From Phoronis australis (taxonomy: Eukaryota; Animalia; Phoronida), in NCBI GenBank assembly GCA_002633005.1, contig NMRA01000774.1, positions 90,218 through 154,217 on the forward strand: a stretch of 64,000 bases of DNA. Direction: 5' to 3'. Within the stretch, counting starts at the first letter, position 1. Each line of letters begins with the position of its first letter. The translations under genes and the position numbers were made by a program. Below the pieces are notes generated by a model. That model was not told the DNA's origin, ran no database searches, and saw only the letters and a program-made list of their open reading frames with translations. Shown piece after piece: positions 1-10,700 of the stretch.

Positions 1-39
1 GTTCCGTCGTCGTTTGCTTTCATTAACTAGTCAGTCAAC

Positions 40-835
40 ATGCCACACCGTTGCTGCGTACCGGGATGTACTAATTATCGGCTCACGCGCGCTTTTGGAG
101 TACCTTTGCATCGCTTTCTGATGGATGACACACTACGCCGTACTTGGCTCGTTCGTGTGAAGAACGGAGCGTTACCCGTCCACGCAACGTACAAAGCAGT
201 GGAGAATTACCGTGTGTGGCAAGCACTTTCTGCCGTCCGATTACGAAAGGGATTTGTACGCTGAACTGATGAAGGTCCCTGCGACAACGCCTGAAGAAGG
301 ATGCCATTCCGTCTGTGTTGATTCCCGGCAGTGCCCCGTCGCCACCCCCGAGAAGTGCGTTTTTGAAGCGAGAAGCCTCGCGAGCTGTGGCCAGTACAGT
401 GACTGGAGCCAGTGGAGGCACTTCATCTACTGTCACCCGTGCCTCCGAACGTACCCCAGAGCGTGCAATTCCTGGAACCAGTAGTGATTCGCCCTGTGCT
501 GTTTTCTCCAGCCCAGAGCCTCGAAGCAGCCCTGCAGCGATATTGAGTAGTGGGAGTGATTACAGGCCCAGTTCGACACCCAGTGAAGAGGACAGTTCGT
601 CGTCCAGTGAACAGATCGGTGAGCCAAACTTTGATAAGTTTATTGTGGACTTGTCTAAAGTGTTGGAGCTATTTAGAAGGTGCCAGGTGTGTGGCGAGGG
701 AGTCACACGACACGATGTAAGCAGTTTGGGTGCTCAGGTCACCATCCAGTGGGAGTGTGTCGCGGGACACTCTGGCAAGTGGGACAGTTGTTCCTCTGTC
801 CGTGGTATGCCGGAGGTCCACTTAACCGTGTCCAG
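40..835 (+). pseudogene. THAP domain plus Kolobok transposase N-terminal region, frameshifted and truncated
   Basis: CCVPGC...W...RV/CGKHF...LKKDAIPS across frameshifts near 213 and 287; then FIVDLSKVLELFRRCQVCG...GAQVTIQWECVAGHSGKWDS. Confidence 0.85.
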
Positions 836-1129
836 TAGTGGCTTGGCCTCATCGAACTCTGAACAGCACAAGCATTCCATTGAGGTAGGCATAACAACGC
901 ACACAGTGCATTTGCACCAAGATGTGTCACCACGTCTGTCCTCAGTAGCCGCCTCGTTTCTCTCAACAGCTGCCTATGCCTGTGCGTACTCTGCCTCGTT
1001 ACACTCGGGCTCAAACATGTACCCACCCACTGAATGTCCGTGAAAAAATTCCTCGTCACCACTGCTGTGAACAAGGTCTCCATCACTCACACTACTGTCA
1101 CTGTGATACGGGTCACCGACTCCAGCCAT
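820..1129 (-). pseudogene. Kolobok ORF2, P2X7 C-terminal (Cys-rich) domain-like protein, truncated with one in-frame stop
   Basis: aaaATG at 1129; MAGVGD...GYMFEPE...A*A...DTSWCKCTVCVVMPTSMECLCCSEFDEAK, matching the Y-x-F-E-P and W-C-x-C-x-x-C-x-x-M-P-T-x-x-E-C-x-C-C-x-E motifs. Absent from the ORF track. Confidence 0.82.
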
Positions 1130-1467
1130 TTTCAGCTTACAACACACTAAACAATCCCTAAATCCAACGTAGTTGAGTTCTCTACTAACCTATCTTGCCG
1201 CAGAATACTCGCCGATGGAAAGTGGTGGCGACAATTGGTGAAAAATAGCACAAAACAGAAGTAGAATAGAACAGATTTGCACAGTAAACTCAATGCAAAA
1301 CCAAGTGGCGGGAAACGCTTGCCTCCTAAAACGTCACTTCCGGAATAGCGGACGAGTAATTAATAAAATTACGAAAAGCTGTAATTAAGTGAAAAATATG
1401 TCTAAGACAACCAATCAACCTTACTTTAGCTCAAAATGACATGGAAAAAGGTTGCCTTCGCCTTTAA

Positions 1468-1617
1468 GCAGCTGCGAGGAAAGCGGGTATATCGTTTTTT
1501 TTACTTCCTCGAGAGTCCGAAATGCTTAAGAAGTGGCTCATGGTAGTGAAGAATGAAATGTACGCTGTAAATAGCAAGTATGAGGCCGTGAAATGTATCC
1601 GTGTCTGTGGCATGCAG
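1468..1617 (+). pseudogene. Second THAP-domain fragment, interrupted by the Kolobok insertion
   Basis: ARKAGISFF/LPRESEMLKKWLMVVKNEMYAVNSKYEAVKCIRVCGM aligns with the THAP at 40-230 (W.V.VKN......Y.AV...RVCG). Confidence 0.7.
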
Positions 1618-2933
1618 ACGTCCACAGAGGCTCAGTGACGAATGCCGGCTTACAAAATAACTCTATGTTCCGTTGTCTGAGCTTGTTTACGGCGCCTCTC
1701 TAGTATTTGTTCATCACTGTATTCCTGTTCGAATTGATAGCCTTAAAAACTTAACGATCCACCTGCAATGTCGGGACTGATGAGCTCTAGCTCGTCCTAA
1801 GTCGGGATTGCGAGTTGCTATGATTGCAGAGTACTGAGCGTTCTGTTTCAAAATGCCTTCTCACCCGAACCAACTGAAACAAAGTCTGTCTCATTAGATG
1901 CAATTTGTAACGCCTTTGGAGTGTTTGTGAATGCAAATGATTTGAGAAGCCAGCAGTGAATCAATCACTGCTTTACCGGCTTTAGGTGCAATAAAACTAA
2001 TTGACGGGACACCGAGGCCGTTTGAGCTCATGCTACTAAATGAATTTAGTGTTTGCTGGCAGAAACTGTTGAGAAACAACTCGATTTCCATCCCACGGCT
2101 AGGTGTTAGGGGAATATTTATATACGTTTACGTTACTCAAAAAATGATTGTCAATGTAAAACTTCTGGCCTGACGGTGCTGTGCTGTGGCCAAAGCCGAA
2201 CCCGTGTGAATTTGCGGCCCCGACGAGCAGTTTCGTGGCTAATTCCGACACCAACATAATCACGCGTGCACATTACTTTGGCTCACTAGTATAGTATTTT
2301 CTTGACTCGAAGTTTAGTTTCCACTGAACTTTGGCTGGTTTATGTTCGTAATGTCTGATCGGTTTCCGAGCCACTGGCCGGGACTTGAAGTCAATCCGGC
2401 CGGCCGCGACGGGCTTCAGTGATCGGGCTCCGAGACACTAGCCAGTATAACAAGCGTTTTGTCTTTAGAACTCAAAAAGTCATTGGTCTAAACAACACAG
2501 ATCAAGGTTCTCCTGTCTGTATCTCACGAAAAATACTTCGAAATTATCTCCGAACAGACCCCAAACTCCTGCTACGGACTTCATTGGCCTGCCGAACTTT
2601 GTAGGCTACGGTGTGTCCAAATACCAATAAATCCGAAAGAGCGAAATAAAACAACACGTTTTTATAAGAACTCGGTGTATTTTTAAGGGTTTTACATCGA
2701 AGTTTGATGTTTTATTGGTGTTAAACGATGACTTCAAGCGATAAGCTGACACCAGTAACCCGAGTTGTGAACTGCGGAACGGACTGCGTGTGAAACCGAT
2801 GATGTCATTGGATAACTTCAACACCTCCGTCTGCCGTCAGGTGTCAGGTAACGCAACGGTACGTGTCGTTATGGGGTAGAACTACTCGATCTAAATTGAT
2901 ACAAATTAGGTTGTTTTTGGGTGGCATGCTCCT
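1468..2933 (+). mobile_element. Right part of an older Kolobok-like host element
   Basis: Contains the THAP fragment and ends GGTGGCATGCTCCT followed by TTAA (2934-2937). Confidence 0.5.
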
Positions 2934-4054
2934 TTAAGGGTTTTGATCAAAGAATAATATTTTTTATTGGTTAGACTGATACTTACCAAGGGAACTTGTA
3001 CCATGTGATAAAACGTAATTGTTTGCATATATTTTTGAAAAAATCAACGGTTTAACGAGATGACGTTACAATCGTGTCTTCAGCATCTAACGTCAATGTA
3101 TAATACAGGATTAATTTTACATAAACATTTAAAATGTTATAGATTTTGGATTTCCTATACATAGTTAAGGTTAAGAATCGGTGCCTATATGATGTTCTCT
3201 GCACATTTGTTGCTTTGATAAAACTATCACTGATGGTGATACTCTATCAAAAATTAAAAAATTAAAGGGCAATTTTGACAGTAAAATCAGCCATGAAAAT
3301 CTTATTTTAATGATGTGGATTTCTGACTCTGTCCCGATTTTTGTAGTTTAGAGTGGCCTAAAAGAGCTTCTGGGTTCCTTGTTAATTCCAGGATGCCGTA
3401 TCTCTTGGGAAGCATTTTTAATTAGTGCATCTGCTTTGAATAAATTTATATTTTTGATTATTTTTGGCAACTTTCCCAGATTTCCTTAAAGTTTCCAGGC
3501 TCAGATTTGGAAATTCTGGGTATTAGAAGAGGCATAAAAATTGATGCTGTGAAACCTGTTGTGATACGAATAGATGTTATTGAAAGTACTTTTGTCTGCA
3601 TTAAACTCAGCATTCTAACACAATGTGTCCTTCGTTGATTACCACAAGTGCCACGTTGCAAGCTAATTCGTTGTTTTGGAAGCTAATTCCTTGTTTCGCA
3701 AGCGTTTCACACCACAGTTGTTGATGTCAGAGCCTCAGGGTTAACATACACTACTTGATAATTCCCTTTAATTATGGCACTAATTGGAGCACATAGGNTA
3801 AAATTGTTTTAGTCGACAGATTTTCCGAACAGAAGCTTCATACTTCGGGCCCCCGATTCTTTTGGGACGCCTGTACACATACAGCCGCTCTCTGCCCAAT
3901 TCCCGAAGGCAACATGTTGTGCCCCCCCCCTTCTGGTCCCTGATCCGCCACTGGAAGAGTACTACAAAACATCACCACTAGTTTCTTCATCATCAGTATC
4001 AACATCACTAAATGTTTCTCAAAAAAATGTAGCTGTTCTGGTATTGAAATTAGT

Positions 4055-4342
4055 CATAGGTGAATTTAGGGGGCGGGGCAGGGGACCCGCCCCCGCCCCT
4101 CCCTGGCTGGTGCAAGCAAAATTAAACATCAACAGCATGAAGGAGTATGGAGTTCACCAACAAGGAACGGGACGCCCCGGAGCGCGGCGGAATCGGATTG
4201 CCGTTTTTTTTGCGAAGGGGAACACTAGGTCACTTCGCCGGCCCCGCAACTTTCGGGGTAGCTGTGCATACAATCGCGATTTGCCCAATTCTCCTAGGCA
4301 GCATGTTGGGCCCACCCTTATGGTATCCTAGATCCGCCTCTG
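4055..4342. mobile_element. MITE with CA(G)RGGCGGAT-type termini and 5-bp TSD (TTAGT)
   Basis: cataggtgaatttagg ... cctagatccgcctctg, flanked by ttagt on both sides. Confidence 0.7.
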
Positions 4343-4375
4343 TTAGTGCACGGCGAAGATCAACAAAAGTTTGGT

Positions 4376-5048
4376 GAACTACAGGGCTAATAAGCAAACA
4401 ATTTGCAGTTCAGTGTGGGAACGTCAAAAGCGCAATTAGTTGATCTGTCAACTGTGCTTCTTCTGCTAGCTTTATTTTAATCGCACAGTGAACCTTTTAT
4501 GTTCACTTAGTGATAACTAAGTGATGTTTTTCGTTTTAAAATTGCTTCAATTAATATTACAGGTACTCCAATATCGTCCGCATTGGTCGCGATTCTACTC
4601 GGGGATTCCATTGGTCGCGATTCTACTCGGGGATTCCATTGACAGGGAATTCCCCGACTATTCACGATACATTTACATAAACGCGTCGACAAATTCGGGT
4701 TTTCTCATCTANGAACTACAGGGCTAATAAGCAAACAATTTGCAGTTCAGTGTGGGAACGTCAAAAGCGCAATTAGTTGATCTGTCAACTGTGCTTCTTC
4801 TGCTAGCTTTATTTTAATCGCACAGTGAACCTTTTATGTTCACTAAGTGATAACTAAGTGATGTTTTTCGTTTTAAAATTGCTTCAATTAATATTACAGG
4901 TACTCCAATATCGTCCGCATTGGTCGCGATTCTACTCGGGGATTCCATTGGTCGCGATTCTACTCGGGGATTCCATTGACAGGGAATTCCCCGACTATTC
5001 ACGATACATTTACATAAACGCGTCGACAAATTCGGGTTTTCTCATCTA
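4376..5048. repeat. 336-bp tandem duplication split by single n at 4712 (likely assembly overlap)
   Basis: 4376-4711 vs 4713-5048 differ by one substitution that I could see; each copy has an internal 28-bp dimer. Confidence 0.9.
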
Positions 5049-6197
5049 AAAGGATTGTAATTACCATTTTTAAGAACTTAGTCCTAACTGCTACAAAAAC
5101 ATTCAAACTACAACAATGACGAAACGTTTTCTGCGGTTTATTTGGCGCGGATACGAACCGATATGATCTCGTGAGATCCAGTCTCATCACCCGTTTTTCG
5201 CGGTATTTTGTAAATGTGATGTGCCATACATGTACATGTATGTAAAAGACTAGTCGCCAACGGACTAGAGCAACGTCTTTCGTGAAAATAGTGACACTGC
5301 GAAATTGACTGACTAGAATATTAGTTGAGATGATTACGCCAATGGTGATGGAATTGCTGGTGGCAACGATAACATGATGGTAACAATCATATGACGAATG
5401 AAGAGGTCAAAAATGAGCAAGAAATATAAGTTATTGTATTGTTTTATAAAATGATAATCCAAGAAAGGTGCAGCAAAAATCAGTCAACAAAGGAACAGCG
5501 TCACAAAAAATCCTAAAAAACTCAAAAATAGGCGTCGTAGCGAAAATTAAAAAATATTTTCTGAAACCCCCATCAAATCTTTATCATACGATAAAGTTTT
5601 ACGAAATTCTATTGAACAGAAGAATTCAATTTTTTATTTTTTTTTGAAATTGAAAGTCAAATAACTTAAAACCTGTACGTTTGAGAATACATCGTTCGTT
5701 CGGAGAATCCACCCGCAAAAATTCACGTCGTTTGCTCTTCCCATTAAAAATGGCACCACAGCATGATTGAAATTTGTTAGAAATGCGTCAAATCCCCCAT
5801 TTTGAAGACACCTTCCGGTTTAGCAGCACTCGACGAATTAAGTGATGCTATATTGCAACCTCTTCTGCACAAAACGGTTTCGTCCCGAAATCGAGGTGCG
5901 TATCTTGCGCAATGGTCGATATTATCGCCATCTTTGTCCAAAAGTAAACGATTTAAAGCACACGTGTAGCACATATCAAGTACAGCAATCGTGTCGACTT
6001 TCAGCCGTGTATGTTAAACATTGCAGCTTATATGAGTATTTGAATCTCAATTCGAAAACAAACTGGCCATATTGAATCCGATTGAGACCAAAAACGATAA
6101 TATTCCAGGTCTTCTGAAATTTTCTTCGGACGAAAATTGTTACTTCTAACCTGCGAACAACCAAAAAAATATTGCCACAGCTACATACTTGGCGAAA

Positions 6198-6460
6198 CAT
6201 TTTTCAAAGTAAACAATAAATAATAATCACTTACTTTGAGACGATTCAGTTACATGCAGACGTTTCAGCCTGTTCCGCCAGGCCTTCTGCGATGAATGAG
6301 AGAGTTTCGCACCTTTCGCATTTACCTCACTATGCGAAAGGCACGAGACCCCTCATGCATCGAAAAACGCCAGGTGGACCAGGCCGAAACTTCTGCATCT
6401 AACTGAATCATCTCTATGTAAGTCATTATTTCTTATTCCAACAAACTTGATGGCAGAGCA
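6198..6460. mobile_element. Hairpin insertion with degenerate hammerhead-like arms (Penelope pLTR-like), 15-bp TSD
   Basis: About 105-bp inverted arms (about 6220-6430) around loop ttacctcact; ACATACTTGGCGAAA direct repeat at 6183-6197 and 6461-6475. Confidence 0.65.
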
Positions 6461-7670
6461 ACATACTTGGCGAAAGCATTTCGCAGCCCGCTTAATTAAG
6501 ACAATGCAAGCACATGGTTATTCATTGGTCTATGCGCCGAATGGTCAACAAAACATGTTTTTGTGGTTTTGTGTACAAGTTAGCAGAAGGTTGTGACAAC
6601 GGAGACCCAGCTAGCTGTAGAATGTAAATTCCTGTGTCCAGTTAGTGATGATTTATTGTAATCTTGACCAATGTTGCCGTGGAAACAACATTGAAAACTC
6701 CGGACTCAATTACTAGAGTCCAAGCTTTGTGACCTTTGACCTATCAAGCGTTCTTATGATTGGACAGTGCAAGCATGTATCATGGCGGTACGTGTCGCCG
6801 CATAGCGGATGAAGAATGTTGCAAATTTCTGGTGATAGGGGCTGGAAAATGTTAATCGTGTCGAAGGGAGTGGGTGTTACACAGCTACCAACTGGTGTGC
6901 ACCAAGGAGCATTTGTGGACAAAGCAGGCCGCCGAAGAGGTGTTGACCGGCAGGAGACCCACTGTTTGTCCTTTACATCACTCCGCTTCCGAACTGCACA
7001 ACCTCGATTGGTCAGCTCACGGGTTAGCGCTAGTGACCGATAAATGAACAGAAATTGCTGACCAGTCTCGTGATTGGTTTTCCTCATTTCATGTAGTGTG
7101 TATCTACTAATAAATATTTTGTAACTCGAAAGCAGCTAATTAGCATATCGTCAGATGATGTTAGCGTGTGTTCTAATTCCATGGTTGATCGCTGTCTGGG
7201 GTTATTTTTGGTGTTTTCCCATATGACTTCGGCGATTTCAAGCACAGTGTGATTCTCAATAGAAAATCTACGTACATGTATAACATACTGTAGATGACAC
7301 AGGCAGCAGGTGGCACTGTATTGTTCACTACCAACGACTTTGGTAGATGTGATAGACCACCTGCACACCAGTCTGTCAGATGATCACAGTTTCCACCTAC
7401 AGTTATGGATTAGAGCCACGAACTGATAAGGGATGCAGCTGACTCGTATTTTCATGTATATAAAATGGCAACGGAACAAATCCTATTGAAATCCTTGACT
7501 GGTTGAAACAAACAGTATGCTCTAAATATTTATCGGATTTGTCAACATTTTCGTAACATTATGTTTTCATTGTGAGTGCATTTTTACTCATGGAATTTCG
7601 TAATACATCTGATAACTGAAGGAAAGACCGAATGTGTATCATAATTTCTGAATGTCTTTAAGTTACTCAC

Positions 7671-7799
7671 CTTTACCGCCACCGCCACCGCCGCCGCCGC
7701 CGCCGCCTCCACATTCTTTCACGGGATTGCCTGGACAATAGCATTTGCAGTCTTTGCCCACAAATCCCTCTCCAGAGCACTTTTTAGTGGAGCATGAGC
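7671..7799 (-). CDS. Astacin exon 8 (Cys-rich EGF-like segment [28 protein letters not shown] plus Gly12 linker)
   Basis: actgaag acceptor in phase 1, G|GTGAGT donor; open frame with regularly spaced Cys. Confidence 0.88.
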
Positions 7800-10700
7800 C
7801 TTCAGTAGATGTATAAATTACGAGCAAAGAAGATACTACAGATATACACCATAATACAACTTGAGCTGGCCGAAAAGTCGTTAATGACTAGATCCCAAAA
7901 CATATGTTATTTATTTTTATTTAGTTTTGGTTCAGGCGTTATTTGGAAAATCAAAGAGCAACTCTTTTTATATTAATTTCAAAACGTGTCTTTGACATTG
8001 ATGGACATTGTTGGCAAGACAAGTTATAATTGGTTAAAAGCTTAATTCATGTGGAATATTTAAGGGCAGTCTAGTTTGTCAACGACATATTTCGCTTCTT
8101 GATAAAAAGGTCCACAAAACAACCTTAATGGACATTTAAATGTTCGAGTCACAAACTATTGGCGGACGTTAGTTTACCAGATTGTTCTAAAGGCTAAAGC
8201 TCACTCAAAACTCACAGCTAACGACAACCTCGACCCACAAACCCCCGACCCACAATCTCCGCTACCAATAACCAGCAACCCCCTCGACCCACGACCTGTA
8301 ACAATGGACGTATCTTTGGGCCTTTTACACAATTCATGATCTTACTACGTCGCAGAGCGACTTTTCCATCAGGCTTACTTTCACGCGAATCTGCTCTGGC
8401 TCAAGTGAGGTGGCTGAAAGTACTAAGTGGCGTAAGAACATGATCCGAAATAGCGGACTGTTAGCGTACTAACTTTGCCATGGAAATAGTTCCACGAGCG
8501 GTTAACAATGGCCCGGCTATGCTAGGTAGACAGTACAGTACGTTAACGTTAATGACCTAATTTCACATTTTTATTATTTGCTCTATATTGTTTACCCGTT
8601 AACAATAAACTCCATGTAACGCTGGGGTACTCTTTTTATTAACTCTTTTCAAACTGTATTCATTGAAGAAATTACATTTTCGTTGATTACTCGAAGTCTC
8701 GATCCAAAATGGCTTGAATCTGCCATTCACTGAAGAGCAGACGAAAAAATTACATTCTGAGGGCAACGACATTTGTAACGTTGGTATGTCTTTGAGTTGA
8801 TGTGGTTGTTTCTTTTTTTCTGTTTTTGGCTTTCAAACTTTCCGAATCGACTCTCTTAAGTGCAAAAACAGGGAAAAGTCAGCCGAGCTCGCGGCCAGAC
8901 TCTTTGGTCCTGCAAGTTAGCGCTTGTTCTAGGTTCAGATGAAGTCGAGCTTGTACAGTCTGAGTTCAAAGTGTTGTGGGCCGCAAGCGCGGCTGTCGTG
9001 GGTCGTGGGTCGAGGGGGTAATGAGTCGAGGTGATCGTGTTGTTCGCGGTTGTTTAAGGACAATCGTAATTTACCCTGTGACTCTCATAAATTTGTATTT
9101 CAAAAATCTGACTGAATGAACTGGAAGATGAGAAACATTTCTTGTTAAAATGCTCATTTTCTTCGAATTTATGTGTTGCGTACACAATCGAAATCCTTTT
9201 TTACATGTATGTTTTATTATACCCTTTAACCAGATGGCTACAAGTGAAGTGAAGAGCTTTGGAAATATCTGGAGATTTTTGTTCTGCCAAAGTCGTGAAT
9301 CTTGTAAAATTCATGTATTGTCTTATTTGGCATTGTATTAGATCATGGCCGGTGGTGTGGATGTTATTGGATGAAAAACTTAGTAAGTCCCAGAGGTTTT
9401 GGACTTTTAGTATTCTCTTCTCCCTGTAAGACCATCTGAGAATCATCAAGACCAAGTATAATTCCGAATGCTGTTAAAGATTTCCCTCTCCATTACATGT
9501 AAGTTCTTCTTGCGGCAAAAGCATCGGTCAATTAACTTGATGGCTCCGATCCACACACATTTGGTTTTCTCTAAATTCGTCTTAAGCCCGGAAACTTGTA
9601 GAGTTTATCAGGTAGTTTACTAGACCCAATGATGTAATCGAAAAATTGGGTTTTTCTGTGAGATCTGTACCCTTATATTTATTGTTTTGATTCCACGGTT
9701 TTGCCTAAATAAGATTCAGATAGTCTCAGCACACATGATAAACAAACATGTTGAAAATGGATTCTCTTTAACCAACTTTAAAGTAAAAAGAAGCGAAACT
9801 GTCCTGAGATCAAGGAAAGCCGGGATCTCGTATTAAGCAGACAACTCCATCTGATCAAGCCATTTCAAAATTGAGATATGTAGACAGCTTATTCAAAAAT
9901 TTCCCATTCTCATCATCGCTAATAGTCCAGAAACATTTACGTCTTCAGTATGTTGCCTCACATCATGACTGTGTATAGTATTGTATACAATATTTCTGCC
10001 ATTGAGAAAGCCCTTTGTTTCCATGTACATGTATGAGTGTAGTAAATTTCCAGTGTTGGGAGCTTCGCATGCACGCCAAACAAAAGGGTATACAATTTCC
10101 GAGAAAAAACATGGTTTCACTTGGTGATGCATTCTCGACATTTGTTAGTTTTTCGCAAAAGGAAATTCACACCTTGGTTTCTTCCAGCAAAACTTACAAA
10201 ATTCACACCAGAATCTGTCTGGAACAGGCTTCACTGAGCGCACGCGTTCATCAATATATTTCGGGGCTTAGACTTGGAAAACTGTATTGTTATGAAAAGT
10301 TTATACTTCGTCGGTGTGTCAAAAATAGAATTTCTTGCAATTTTGAAAGTGACTAACTTTCACGGTAGCATCTTCTAAAAGAAGATTCTTCAACGTGGTT
10401 TTATGAGCCTCTTTTAATAAAACAATAACTTGCATTTCCCATTTTTAGGATTGAATCTTTTTTTGTATAATACTGTAATAGTTCCAGCCATTAATTTAAA
10501 GGGAGCACTTCAGAGTTGTCAATTTGGAGGTACAATCGTCATTTGGAATATCAGCAATTGGCTAGTTGTTGTGAGAGGTTGCTGCACACTCTTTCTCAAT
10601 ATCAGGAATATTGCATTATATTCCGCCTTCCTTTATACGGGGCTGTTGAATTTTCAAATCATTCATATTCGGATATACGGAAGTCTAAACGGGTTTTTGT

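Larger units (their letters stand above)
1..1463 (+). mobile_element. Internally deleted Kolobok DNA transposon (5' end outside window)
   Basis: Convergent THAP-transposase and P2X7-C-terminus-like ORFs; ends ...GCCT followed by TTAA (1464-1467), the Kolobok terminus/TSD pattern. Confidence 0.8.

Noticed and set aside
315-1043. 242-aa ORF as an intact gene
   Set aside because: Middle of a frameshifted transposase reading through a deletion junction into antisense ORF2.
3798-3798. Single n as another duplication junction
   Set aside because: No duplicated sequence seen on either side.
5777-5974. Cys-containing minus ORF (DHCARYAP...LCRRGC) as the next astacin ShKT exon
   Set aside because: Cys spacing does not fit ShKT and I found no suitable phase-1 acceptor.
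6713-7087. GC-richer stretch with overlapping ORFs
   Set aside because: No recognisable motif or splice support in any frame.
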